Shown in pieces: positions 43,022 to 55,946 of a DNA stretch of 64,000 bases (positions are counted from its first letter, which is position 1; each line of letters starts with the position of its first letter). The translations under genes were made by a program, and so were the position numbers. This stretch comes from Eledone cirrhosa (lineage: Eukaryota). The notes beneath the pieces are model-generated. The model did no database searches and was not told where the DNA came from. It saw only the letters and a program-made list of their open reading frames with translations. Location of the stretch: positions 148,552,001-148,616,000 of the forward strand of contig OZ024740.1 of the NCBI GenBank assembly GCA_964016885.1. The letters are read 5' to 3'.

Positions 43022-46000
43022 TGTTTCTTTTATTTGCCACCAGGGCATCAAAAGTGGGACAAGTACAATGGGGGGAGTTTACAAAACAAGGCGTCCTCAA
43101 TATGGAGGAGGCAATAACAATATATAAAAATAAAATAAAATATAACAAAAAATAAAATGTATAACAAAGTCCTCAATAAAGAGGAGGCGCCTTGGGGGGG
43201 TCGCACACACCCCCGAAAAAAACTGTGCAACCCTTCTCCTCAGGAGCACAGAGAAGGGGTGCTCCCTTCGTCTTTCATCTTCCTCACCTATAGTCTGATG
43301 TAGAGTGAAGGCCCATTCACACGGGCCATTCTCGCCACTTTCACCCATCTTTCATAAAAACGGCTGGGGTGCAGCACCTCTCTCTCCATCCTGATCCTTC
43401 TTCCGAAATGATATCGGAAGAAACGGACCAGTTGTTGGCCAGAGAGAAAGGTGTCTGACCTCAGTCCTTTCAGACGCGTCCACCATACAACCTCTTTCGC
43501 CATGGCTATTACGCACAGAAACACCCCCTCTCCTTCGTTTTTGAAGAGGGGAGGCGGCTTGATCGTTACAATAGACTCGGTGGTCAACCGGATCGGTCCC
43601 ACCCTTGACAGCAGTTGTTCGACATAGCCCCACAGATCGGCAATGCCCGAGCAGTGTACCAATGCGTGTGCAACGGTTTCCTCGTCGCACACGCATCTGG
43701 GACAGATCTTTTTCGATGGGTCCCTACCCGGGCGCCCGTGTCTGTAGAGCCTTTCTCGAACGGGCAGAGCCCTTCTGTAGCATTGCCAGGCCAGGGACCT
43801 CTGGAAGTTATCCATGGGTCCCGGGCTGAATGTCCTACCGAACAGGTTGGCCAGTTCGTCTTCCTCCATGCCTAGGGCTTCTCCGAGGGCGTCGTCGCAC
43901 CTGCTAACCACCAGCCCTCTATAGAATGACGAGGTAGAGTCTCCACTGACAGCCGGGTCCGCCTGCCAGAGAGCCGTGAGCGCCTGGGCACACTAGGTGT
44001 GCCAGGCGCCCAGTTTTCTCGGTCTTTGGTTGACCCAGGATTGCAGCTCGGTGAGTGAGACGAGTCTGGGAAAGGCTCGCCTCACAAACGGGGCCCACAC
44101 CGGTTGACCGGAGAGGAATACCTGAAGGTGCTGTAGCCTTAATGCGTGTTTACGTATCATTAACCACGGCATCCCCAGCCCTCCTTTCGAAGGGTGTTGA
44201 CAGCAGATGGATCTCTTCACCATAGGAGCCCGCTTCTTCCAAAGGAATTGGAAGAGTGCGCGCTCCATTTTGGCGAGCGTTTCCCTTGGGCAAGGCACAA
44301 CGGTCAGGCGGTAGTAGATGACGGACGCTATATAAGTGTTCGCCACCTCCGCCCGACCTTTCAAGGACAGTTTGCATTCGGCCCACTTCTGGGTCAGTGC
44401 AAACACCCTGTTCGTTACCTCACCCCAGTTCTTCTCCACCTGGAGGTCTGGTCCGAACCAGACCCCGAGCAACTTCACCGGGCCCTCCGTCCAACGCCCG
44501 ACGACGCCATCGGAGGGCGTCGATCTGCCCCTCCACGTGCCGAGTTGCAGACCGATCGACTTGTCCCGGTTCAGCTTAGCCCCTGTAAACCTTTCGTACT
44601 CCTCCAGTAAGGTGCCGATCGCCCCGATTTCCGAGGCCGTCGACACCATTACTGTTACGTCATCGGCGTAGGCTGACACCGCTTTCCGCAATCCCGGTTC
44701 CAACGGGATGCCCTGCAACAACTCCAACTTCCGCAGCAGTGGCTCTAGAGTCATTACATACAGAAGGGAGGAGAGAGGGCACCCCTGTCGGATGGACCGC
44801 GCGATTTCGAACGGCTCCGAGAGGTAGCCGTTCACCTTGACCCTAGAGCAGATGCGGCTGCTGTGCATGGCATTGATCCAGCCCCTGAAAACGGGTCCGA
44901 AGCCTGCCGCCACTAGCACCGCATCCAGGTAACCATGGTCGACCCTATCGAATGCCTTATATTGATCCAAGTTGATCAGGGCCCCACCAAAGCCGGGTTC
45001 ATTCCCAACCCTCTCTATGATGTATCGCATGAGGTGGAGGTTGTCGTGGATGGACCTGGACGGGATAGCACATGTCTGCGCATCTCCCACCAGGTTTCCC
45101 ACGACAAGCGCCAACCTCTTTGCTAGCACCTTGGCCAAAATCTGTAACTCTGTATTTAGCAGAGTTATGGGCCTGAAATTATTTATATCGTCCCCCTTGT
45201 TCTCGTCCTTCCTCACTAGCGTGACTACGCCCTTGGTCACAGCACAGGGAATTTTCCCGTTCTGTTGCCAGTTGCAGTAGACCGCCTCGAGGAGATCGGG
45301 GTACAAGTCCGTCATAGCTAGATATAGTTCGTATGGAAGACCATCGAGACCCGGGGATTTGCGTTTGCCGCATTGGCTCAGCACGTCCTCTATCTCAGCG
45401 GCTGAAATCGGCTCCTCGCAGGACTTCGCCTCCCTGTCCGAGAGACGCGACAGGCCGTCGAGGTATGGACCGAAGTCCACATCCCCAACCGGCCCCCGCC
45501 TCTTCCGAACAATCCGGCAAAGTGCTTTTGAAAAGCCTCGCACATCTGCTTAGGTTCAAGGATCACCCGTCCATCCTGGTCTCGCAAAGACCGGATAGTG
45601 GATCTGCTCCCTCTTTTGGCTTCTGTCACACGGGCCCAGCTAACAGCTTTGGTCCCCTCGTTTCCCAGAGCACGTATTTTGCTTCGGACGATGCAGCCTT
45701 CGTGTTTCGCGTCGAAGAACTGGCCCAGGGCCGTTCTCGACGCTAGCACTCTGGCCACGTCGCCGCTTCTAATTGCCTCTTCTACACTATCTACCAACTC
45801 CCTTTCCTTCCTATTTCTATTTGAGGCTAACTCCTTACTAAATTCTATAGAGACTACTCTAATCTCTCTTTTGAGAGATCCCCACCACCTGCTGTTGACG
45901 ATGGCGCCCGTCAACCGCTCCTTAACTAAAATGCTAATCCGGTCCCTGTAAGCCTTACTTGCCGGTAAGGACAAGTTGAGCTTCCAGTAACCGGGTCCCT

Positions 46001-46740
46001 GTCTATGAGTTCTGTCAAGGTTGATCATGCAGGTCACTAACTTGTGGTCTGAATAGCCAACCATGCGCAATTTTGGACAACTTAAAAAGTCCTTATCCTT
46101 AATTCTAACTAAGAACCTATCTAGGTACGACCTAGATGATCCGCTACGATTTGCCCAAGTCCAGGTTGGCGCAGTCGGAAAATCTAGTCGATATCTATCG
46201 GCCAGGTCAAATCGACCGATTAACCCTTTGAGGCTATTACACCCCTCTCTATCGGGACAGGCCCCTACGTAGTCCCAGCGTGCATCTAGGATACCATTCC
46301 AGTCCCCCACTAATAGCAAGAAGCGGGACGTCCCTAGAAAAGTCTCCAGACGATGGAAGATGTCCGGCCGCATTGACCCGAAAGGGCCGTAGGCGGCTAC
46401 CAACCTAAACGCTCCGCCTTTACCACTGCCAAGGTCCAGAACCACTAGTCGACCCTCCGGGTCCAAATGTACCATCTGTGTTGCGAGACCCAGATGTTTT
46501 TGCAGCAGAACGACAACTCCATCCCCACCTCCGGGCTGACAGAGAGATGCGTGTATCTCAATGTCATCAAAGGTGGGGGCCAGCTGTCGCACGTTGCTGA
46601 TCCGGGCCTCGCAAATAACCATCACATCTATACGTTATGAACTGAGGTCATTTAGAAGCATTGCTTGCTTCCAAGTTGAGCCCAGGCCACGCGCATTTAA
46701 ACAGCCTACTCTTAGCATAGCCATGCTGGTGGTGAAGAGA
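43021..46740 (-). mobile_element. Tx1/L1-like LINE, ORF2 (APE, RT, C-terminal CCHC), 5'-truncated with few lesions
   Basis: GCLNARGLG, GDWN, SYLDR, YSDHK, GPGYWKLN, KSPGLDGLP, NFRPITLLN, KAFDRVDH, IRQGCPLS, SAYADD, CPRC...ETVAHALVHC. The 3' aataaa-like signal abuts (GA)n. Lesions near 46640, 45500 and 43993. Confidence 0.93.
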
Positions 46741-47459
46741 AATAGATAGATAGGGAGAATGATCGAAAAAGAAACAAGTATTACGAAATGAAAGAACGCA
46801 AAAATGGAACATCAAGATGCCAAAGATGAAGAAAAAACAGAGACTCATTTTTGACACTCGAAGCAGAAAATATGTTTGTGCATTAATGAAAAACATTTCG
46901 ATATGTGTGTGTGTGTGAAAGAGAGTGTTAGAGGGGTGGAGCTCTTGTTTGTGTGAATATCTTTGATATTTAAAATACCTGAGTTCCATCATTCAACGCT
47001 TCGATTATATTCCTTTACTGAAGTTATTTTTCTGTCATTCGCTATTCTGCATTTATTTGCTTTTCGATTTCTCTGCGTTCACGGGACAATTAGGGTAGTA
47101 CTTCTCTGGTGAGGAGAATACAGGTGTACATATAAACACTTTTTTTCTTTTCCGTGTACGGAGCATATATACTGCCAGCAAAAGGATATGTATTTATATT
47201 ACTTCTTATCAAATAAACTTGAATTGAAAAACAATATTGCTAGAGATTTCAGCTTCTGATAGAATAGGTATATATGGGGCTTATGTTAAATATTTCATTG
47301 CTCTTTTTTTTTCGTTTTGAGACAAAAGATTCTTCATCAATGTCCTGTGCAATATTAACAGAATGAAACAAAACAAACTATAATCAACATCAACGGACGA
47401 ACATTAGCTTAGAGGCCATAAATGTAAATAATTTCTCATCGAACTTTTCATGAATATTA

Positions 47460-47658
47460 CCACAGATTTGACGGGCAAAACTAACCGGAAAGAGACCCAG
47501 GGATAGACCTCGAGCTAACATAACATAACATCCATGAGCTTGGCTTGTCTTGCTTGGGGATCCAGCCGGATCAGTTCGAGACAGTTGCTTTTGACAGGAC
47601 ACATTGAAAGGAGTGTTTGTGCACTCTGCCCCTACACCCTCTCCGGAATAAGTGGGCA

Positions 47659-47660
<2 letters not shown>
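47460..47660 (+). mobile_element. RTE (Expander-like) 3' end with (AAT)n tail
   Basis: catccatgagcttggc...gatccagccggatcagtt...gttgcttttgacagg is homologous to the reverse complement of 18015-18090. Confidence 0.7.
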
Positions 47661-47717
<57 letters not shown>

Positions 47718-47720
<3 letters not shown>

Positions 47721-49826
47721 CCAGAGTGGTTGACAAAAGGTAGCACAGTTCTGATAATGAAAGACCGAATCAGGGTAATGATGTTACCAACTATAGACCT
47801 ATCACATGTCTGTCCGTAATGTGGAAACTGTTGACGAGCATTGTGTCTGAGGAAATCTACCATCACCTCCACACAAACAACTTGTTACCGGACGAACAGA
47901 AAGGATGCCGAAAGAAGTCACGTGGTACAAAGGACCAGTTAATTATTGATAAGATGGTAATGGGGAATTGCAGGAGGAGACACACTGATCTTGCCATGGG
48001 ATGGATAGACTACAGAAAGGCATTTGACATGGTGCCTCATTCTTGGATCACCAAAAACCTGGAGATCTTCAAGGTGGCAGATAACATCAGACAGTTGCTG
48101 GGCAGGAGTATGAGGTCCTGGGAGACTAAGTTGACATCAACTGGAGAATCCTTGGGAAGCGTGAAGATCAAGAGAGGTATCTTCCAGGGAGATAGTCTGT
48201 CCCCTCTGTTGTTTGTCCTTGCCCTGATGCCCCTGACCATTATGCTGCGAAAAGTGAGAGCAGGATACAAGTTGGGAAAGAGAGAGCTTACCATCAATCA
48301 CCTCCTCTTCATGGACGATCTTAAGCTCTTCGGGAAGAGTGAGAAGGAGTTGGATGTGCTTGTTGACACTGTCCGTATTTTCAGCAGTGATATATGTATG
48401 CAGTTTGGTATTAATAAGTGTGGAGTCATTGTGATGAGGAGGGGTAGGTTAAGCAGAAGTAACGGAATCCAGATACCAACAGGTGAGATGATAAAGGAAA
48501 ATTGACTCTGAGGAAGGATACAAGTATTTGGGCGTTCTGGAGGGTGATGGCATAAAGAACAAAAAAATGAAGGAATTGTTAAGAACTGAATACATTCGGA
48601 GAGTAAGGAGCGTATTGAAGTCACATCTGAACAGCAGAAATGCCATAAGCGCAGTAAATTCCCGAGCTGTGTCTATTATTAGGTACAGTGCGGGAATTCT
48701 GAGATGGAATGTTGCTGAACAAAAAGAAATGGATAGGAAGACTAGGAAGCTATTGACTATCTACAACATGTTCCACAAGAGGGGTGATGTCGATAGACTC
48801 TACCTAAGGCGATCTGAGGGTGGAAGAGGTCTTATCAGCATAGAGGACTGTGTTCAGATGGAGAAAAACAACCTACACAAATACGTGACTAATAGTAAGG
48901 GGCCAATGCTCAGAACTGTACTGAAGGAGGGGACAATAGGCCAGGGGATGTCCAAGGAGGAAATAACATCAAGGAGAAAGAGCAGCCTTCAGGAAAAATC
49001 CCTTCATAGTACCTTCTTTGAGAAAACTGAATTTAGAGATCCACAGACATGGAACTGGTTGAAAAGAGGAGACCTTAAAAAGGCTACAGAAGGAATGTTA
49101 ATGGCTGCGTAGGAGCAGGCCCTCAAAACGAAGTGGTTGAAACACCCCATTTACAAGGAGGAGGCTAGCCCACTGTGCAGGATCTGTGGAGAGAGAGAGG
49201 AGACTGTGGCTCACATTGTATCCGAGTGTAAACACCTAGCCCAGACTCACTATAAGGGCTGGAGACATGATGTGATGGGCAGGGTGATCTACTGGCACTT
49301 ATGCAAAGTAAACAATTTACCACATTCTGAGAAGTGGTATGAGCATAAGCCAGAGGCGGTGATAGAAAACGATCAGGTGAAGGTGCTGTGGGATTTTAGG
49401 ATACAGACGGACAAGAAACTGGAACACAATAGACCTGACCTGGTGGTTTTGGACAAAGAAAAAAGATCGTGCCTGATTGTGGATGTGGCCTGCCCATTCG
49501 ACACGAGAGTGCAAGAGAAGGAGAGAGAGAAAATTAACCGATACCAGGACTTAAAGTGGGAGGTAAAAAGGATTTGGAACTGCCATGAAGTCAAAGTGAT
49601 CCCGATTGTCATAGGCGCACTAGGGACTATCTCAAAAAAGTTTCCAGGGATGGTTAAAGAAAATTGGCCCCTTCACGCTTTTTGGAACGCTTCAAAAGGC
49701 ATGCTTGCTGGGAACAGCAAGAACCCCCCGATACGTCCTGAATATCTGAGGCTGCAGGTAGTGGCTTGATATTCATTTCAACAAACTTTCCAGTTAACTA
49801 ACATCAATGACTGAGACTCAAAGAAC
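47718..49826 (+). mobile_element. 5'-truncated R4/Dong-like retrotransposon in (AAT)n
   Basis: [33 protein letters not shown]...ETVAHIVSEC, RHD, RPDLVV...VDVACP. (AAT)n on both flanks. Confidence 0.93.
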
Positions 49827-49847
49827 AATAATAATAATAATAATAAT

Positions 49848-52800
49848 GATTTCTTTATTGGCCACAAGGGCTGACATCAAGAAAAACATTACAGACGGCA
49901 CAGGACGGTACAGGACGGTACGATATGGATTTTGTGCGTGTAAATATTTTTATTATTTATATAAGAAAAGAAAAAAAAGACATAGAAACATATATATATA
50001 TATAAACAATAAAAATGAAAATTGAAACAATTAAAATTTCCCCAATAGGGGGGAAACCTCCGAGGGTTACTCGTGGCGAAAACCATACAAAAGATCACGG
50101 CCACTCTCAATTTTTCCATTTCTCAAACTACAGACGTATATTCAGAGCGGTCCCGTTCACTCGGATCATTCTCGCTACATTCACCCACCTTTCAACAAAC
50201 TTGCTAGAAGGCAGCACTTGCCTCTCCACCCGGATTTTCCTCTTCAAGTGAAACTTGAAAAAGTTAATTAGGGATTCGCCGAAGAGGAAAATGTCTGTCT
50301 TTAACCCTTTCAACCTTGTCCACCACACAATCTCTTTCGCCATGGCCACCAGGCAAATGAAAACCGCCTGCCCTTCCTCCTCGAAGGAAGACGGCGAGAC
50401 CATCTGCACAATGGATTCAGTCGATAACCGGATCAGTCCTACACGCGACAGCAACTGTTCGACATAGCTCCACAAGTCAGCAATGCTCGGGCACTGAACG
50501 AGTGCGTGCACGACGGTTTTGTCGCTCTGCGCACATCTTGGTCAGGCTCAGTTGACGGCACTTCCGTGCCTGTAGAGCTTATCTCGAACCGGCAGCGCTC
50601 CCCGGTAGCACTGCCAGGCCAGGGAATTTTGCAAGTTATCCATAGGCCCTGGGCTGAAAGTTCTCCGGAAGAGAGCAAACAGCTGACTTCTTCGACGCCC
50701 AGGATCTCTCCGAGAACGTCGTCGCACTTCCCCTCCACTAGATCTCTATAGAACGCCGAGGTGGATGTTCTACCGATACTGGTGCCCAGCTGGCAGAGGG
50801 GAGTGAGCGCCTGGAGACATTCCAGTTTCCAAGGGCTATCCCTCGGTCTTTTTCTGACCCAGGAGTGCAGCTCCGTCAATGAGATGAGTTGTGGGAAAAC
50901 GTGCCTGGCGAACGGCGACCACACCTGTTCACCGTAAAGGAAGCACCAGAGATGTCACCGCCTCAGCGCATGTTTGCGCATCATCAGCCATGGCATGCCC
51001 AGTCCTCCACGCAACGGGTGTTGACAACAGATGGATCGTCTGACCATGGGAGCGCTTCGCTTCCACAAAAAGCGGAAGAGGAGGCGCTCTATTTTGGTGA
51101 GAATTGGGCCGGGGCAAGGGACGACGGTGAGGCGGTAGCAGATGACGGATGCGATTTACGCATTCGCCACCTCCGCCCGGCCTTTCAGGGACAGCTTTCT
51201 CTCGCCCCATTTCTGGGTGAGGGAGGCCACCTAGCTCGTCACCTTGTTCCAGTTTTTCTCCATCAGGAGGTCCGGTCCGAACCAGACTCCGAGCAATTTA
51301 ACCTGTCCGTCCGTCCAACTCCCCACGACGCTGTCTGACGGCATGGACTTACCTCTCCCGGTGCCGAGCTGCAAGCCCACCGACTTTTCCTGGTTTATCC
51401 TTGCTCCTGTCACCGCTTCGTATTTCTTGAGAGCGGTGCCGAGCATCTGGACACGACTGGTGCTCGAACCACCACGGTGACGTCGTCAGCGTAAGCCGAC
51501 TCGGATTTCCCGCATCCTAGTTCGCGTGGGGCACCTCTCATCACCCCCAGTTTGTGCAGTAACGGCTCGAGTGCCAATACGTACAAGAGGGACGAGAGGG
51601 GACTACCTTGGCGGACTGAGCGCATGATGCTGAACGGTTGCGACAGGTGAACGTTCACCCTCACAACTGAGCAGATGTCGCTGTACATCGCAGCGATCAA
51701 ACCCCTGAAAATGGGCCCGAAACCGGCTGCCTCGAGGACCGCCGCCGGGTACCGATGATCGACCATATCGAATGCTTTGGATTGATTCAAGTTTATCAGG
51801 GCTCCACCCGTGCCAGGTTCCTTAACCACCCTCTCTGTGATGTATCGCATGAGGTGGAGGTTGTCGTGTATGGATCTGTCCGGAATGGCCATGTCTGCGC
51901 CTCTCACACCAGACCCTTGATGACAAGCGCCAACCTCGTTGCTAACACCTTGGCCAAAATCTTGAACTCTGCGTTTAGCAGGGTTATGGGCCTGAAATTA
52001 TCGATAACATCCCCCTTATTCGGGTCTTTTCTCAGCAGCACCACTGCTCCCCGGCTCACAAAACTGAATGCTCCCGTTCTGCTTCCAGTTGCAGTAGACG
52101 TCTGCCAAGAGGTCACCGGACAAGTCTGGCATAAATGCATAAAGCTCGTAGGGCAGACCATCCAAACCTGGCGATTTATCCCTTGTGCAGTTAGCCATCG
52201 ATTCCCGTATTTCATCGGCTGTTATTGGCTTTTCGCAACACTGTGCTGCGGTCGTCGAAAGCCGAGGCAGTCCGTCGAGGTATGCACTGAAGTCCATGCC
52301 CCGATCCGGGCCGCCGTTGCTCCTGAACAGTTCAGCAAAGTGCTGCTGAAAATCTTCACACATCTGCTCGGGTTCGAGCAACACGCACCCGTTTTGGTCA
52401 GACAAAGACCGAATTGTGGCTTTGTTGCCACGTCGCGCCTCTGCCACCCGGGCCCATTGGACGGCTTTTGTCCCCTCGTATTTCAGAGCACGCGCTCTAG
52501 CTCTGACAACGCAGCCTTCGTGTTTTACGTTGAAGAATTGGTCGACTGCCAATCTTGCCACAAACACGTCGATTGCGATGTCTGTCCTAAACGCCTCTTC
52601 TAGCTTTCTGACTAGCTCTCCCTCTACTCTATTTCCCTCTATCACTAGTCCTTTGCTAAACCTAATAGACTTTACTTTAATTGCCCTTTTTAGGGCGAAC
52701 CACCACCTGTTGTTGACGACCGCTCCCGTCAACGCCCGCTTAACTAATACGCTAATCCGGTCTCCGTAGGCTTTGCGCGCCGGGAAAGACGCGTTCAGCT

Positions 52801-55765
52801 TCCAATAACCAGGCCCTTGTATACGGCGTCTGTCTATGTCGATCTCACAGATCTCAAATTTGTGGTCTGTGTAGTCGACTATTTTAAATTGTGGACAACT
52901 TATACTAGCCTTATCTAGTTCTCTGCAGAATACCCTATCGAGATACGATCTGGATGACCAGATGCGGTTTGTCCATGTCCACATTGGCACATTCGGGTGA
53001 TCCAGTCGATACCTGTCAGACAGTTCAAAACGTCTGAGCAGGTTGGTGAGGCTCTTGCACCCTCCTCCCCTATCCACTAGCCCCACACAATCCCAGCGTG
53101 CCTCCAAGATACCGTTCCAGTCGCCCACTAACACTAAAAAGCGGGACGTTTCAAGAAAGGTCTTTAGACGTCTGAATAAATCTGGCCGTCCTGCCCCTGT
53201 TGGGGCGTAGACAGCTACTAGCCTGAAATCATTGCCTTCGCTGCCGGTCACGTCCAGCACCACCGACTTACCTTTTGGGTCCAGGAAGATGGTCCGTATG
53301 GCGAGACCCATGCCTTTCCAAAACAACACAGCCACTCCGCCTCCAGCTCCCGGACGGCTCGGAGCTGCGTACACCTCGTAACCATCGACGATCGTTGCGA
53401 AAGCTTGCGTTTCAGAGATTCTCGTCTCGCTGATGGCCACCACATCTACGTTTAGTGACCTGAGGTCGTTAAGCAAGTGACCCTGCTTCCAAACCGAGCT
53501 CAAGCCACGCACGTTTACACTTCCGATCCTGAATACGGCCATGTTGGGTGATGAACGGGGCAAGTGAGAAAGGATAACTTACCTTGATCGTCTGGTGAAG
53601 GGACCGTTGAATCGTCCCTTCGGCTGGTCGTCGGCTCTTCTGTGAGTATATCCGAGTATACTCTCCGGTTGAGTGTCCCTCCTAGGTCTCTGAAATCACC
53701 AACTGCGTTGGGTAATTTAATTTTAATGTTTGTGTATTGTTTCTGTGATATTCTTACCAGTCTTATGTTCGTTGGTGTTTTGATTGATGCTGGTATTATG
53801 TAGTCGTGCTGTGAAATGGTGCTTGTGGTGGTGTTGTTGAAGGTGTTGTTGTTGTTGGTGGTGGGGTTGCCGCCGGTGGTGATGGTAGTGCTAGTGTGGG
53901 TGGTGATGGTGTTGGTGGTGTTGCCGCTGTAAGTCTCTTTGCAGTAGCCTTCACCCTTTTTTCATTTCTTCCCTCCCTTTTCGAAGGCGACGTGACGCTG
54001 CTTCTGCGTTTGTGCCTTCTTGCGACCTTTTGCTATCCCTCTCCCACCTCACACTCCATGTGTGATTCTGTGAGATCGGAGAGGGGTACCAGCTCCACTC
54101 TTTCACTTGTTGTTGTTGGTGATAGTTGCAGTGGAGTCTCTGTTGCAGCTGCAGTTGGTATTACTGTTGTTGTTGTTGTTAATACATCCACTGCTGCTGC
54201 TGTTCTTGATTTCCGTGGCGTGGGTATGGGTGCCACCGACCTATCCTTCCTGCTTGCCGCCTGTCCTGTTGCTAGTAGCAGTGGAGCCAGTTTCGGAAAG
54301 AGGGTGGTTTTCTCCTTTCTTAGGGTCTTCTCGTTGCAGAAAGCCCTGAGGTGAGTCTTCGATCCACAGCGAAAGCATTTTGAGCGTTTGCCCTCAACAC
54401 TTATGGGAAGTTGAGTGCCATTATCGAAGTCTATCACATCCGGGATAGCTTCGATGCACTCCTGGCTGGTGTGAATTAACATCTCAATGGAGGCGTCGAC
54501 CCAATCTTCTCGTACTTTTTTCTGTACTTGCAGTACGTTGTTTTGTCCTCGATTCCGACGAGGACAGACGCGGCAGGCCAAGAAGGGGCCATCCCGGGGG
54601 GCTTGGATCACTTTGACCCTCACAAGTTTTTGCCCGCAGTAGGAGGGCACCAACACCATTTCCTCGCTCCTTAGGGTTACTAAGGATTGAGCCTTTTCCT
54701 CCTGGGGTATGGCAAAAAGCACATCCATGGTGGCATATTTCTTGCCTCGGGTGATATGCGTTTTCCTCTGCTACACATACCATAAGGCGTTTTGTATTTG
54801 AGCCTCTGTGGCTCTTTCAACCCTACGTGATATTGTGCTTACTGTACGGTACGTGACCGTACAGTGCTGTTGGGTTTCGAAAAATTCTTCGGCTGCCTTG
54901 CATATTGCTCGGTGTCCGGTTTTCGTCACCATCTTCCTTGCTTCCTGTAATTCCTCATTTGTTCTAATGGTTTCCAGGTTCTTTGCGATACCTGCAAACG
55001 AGATTGGTTTTTCTTTCTTCTTGTTGTTGTCGTCAGAGCTGCTGTTACTGTTGTTGTTGTTGCTGGTACTACGACCACCGTCACCGCTGTTGTTGTTGTT
55101 GTTGTTGTTGTTGTTGCTGTTGCTGCTACTGCTGTTGTTGTTGCTGTTGCTGCTACTGCTGTTGTTGTTTATGATGCTGCTGATGTTGCGGCTGCTACTA
55201 GTATTTTCCTCGCCACTGTTGCTGCTGCTGCTGTTATTACGGCTGCTGCTGCTATTCTTCATGACGTCAGACGAATGAAATGGCTTTCCGTATTTACCGC
55301 ACACATCTTTCGTTGTTGTCGTCGGGGAGAAATGTTCCACGGAACGCGCGTTCTCTTGATGAAGAACGCTACGAGAAACTACATTTTTCTTTTTCTTTAA
55401 TGGCGTCGCTTGCAAAAGAGGCGACAGAGGCGACACCACATTTAGAGAAGGTAGGGAGAGAGACAATCTTTTCTCTGACGTAATGACGATTGGGGAAGAA
55501 GAAGACGGACGGAGTGGGAGTGACTCGTGAAAATCCTTTTTTGTAGCCATGTTTTTGTACGGTTTAAAATGAATATTGGGCACAAATCCCCAATAATTGG
55601 TTATTTAACCCCGAAGGGCCAAATAACGGGCAGAAAGACCCATCTCACGAAGAGGAGGGTGTCTTTATCTACAATTTGGTTCAAGTTTTACACAATTTAC
55701 AATTGTTATAACGGTTAAAAATTACAATACCCTACAGAGCCGGGCCTCCGTCAACCATGGCATTC
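49848..55765 (-). mobile_element. Apparently full-length Tx1/L1-like LINE (ORF1 with CCHC knuckle; ORF2 APE-RT), frameshifted
   Basis: ORF1 pieces at 55583-54033 include CFRCGSKTHLRAFC. ORF2 from about 53543 has GSVNVRGL, ISETR, GDWN, TDHK, SAYADD. 3' aataaagaaa. (ATT)n on both flanks. Confidence 0.92.
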
Positions 55766-55782
55766 AATAATAATAATAATAA

Positions 55783-55935
55783 TTATTATTATTATTATTA
55801 TTATTTCTACTATTGGCACAATGCCAGCAATTAACCAGTACATTACTAGTACTTTATTTTATCGACCCCGTAAGGATGAAAGGCAAAGTTAACCTTGACG
55901 GGATTTGAACTCAGAATGGCAAGGGCCGTAACTCT
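55783..55935 (-). mobile_element. SINE, 5'-truncated
   Basis: tcgaccccgtaaggatgaaaggcaaagttaaccttgacgggatttgaactc. Confidence 0.82.
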
Positions 55936-55946
55936 AATAATAATAA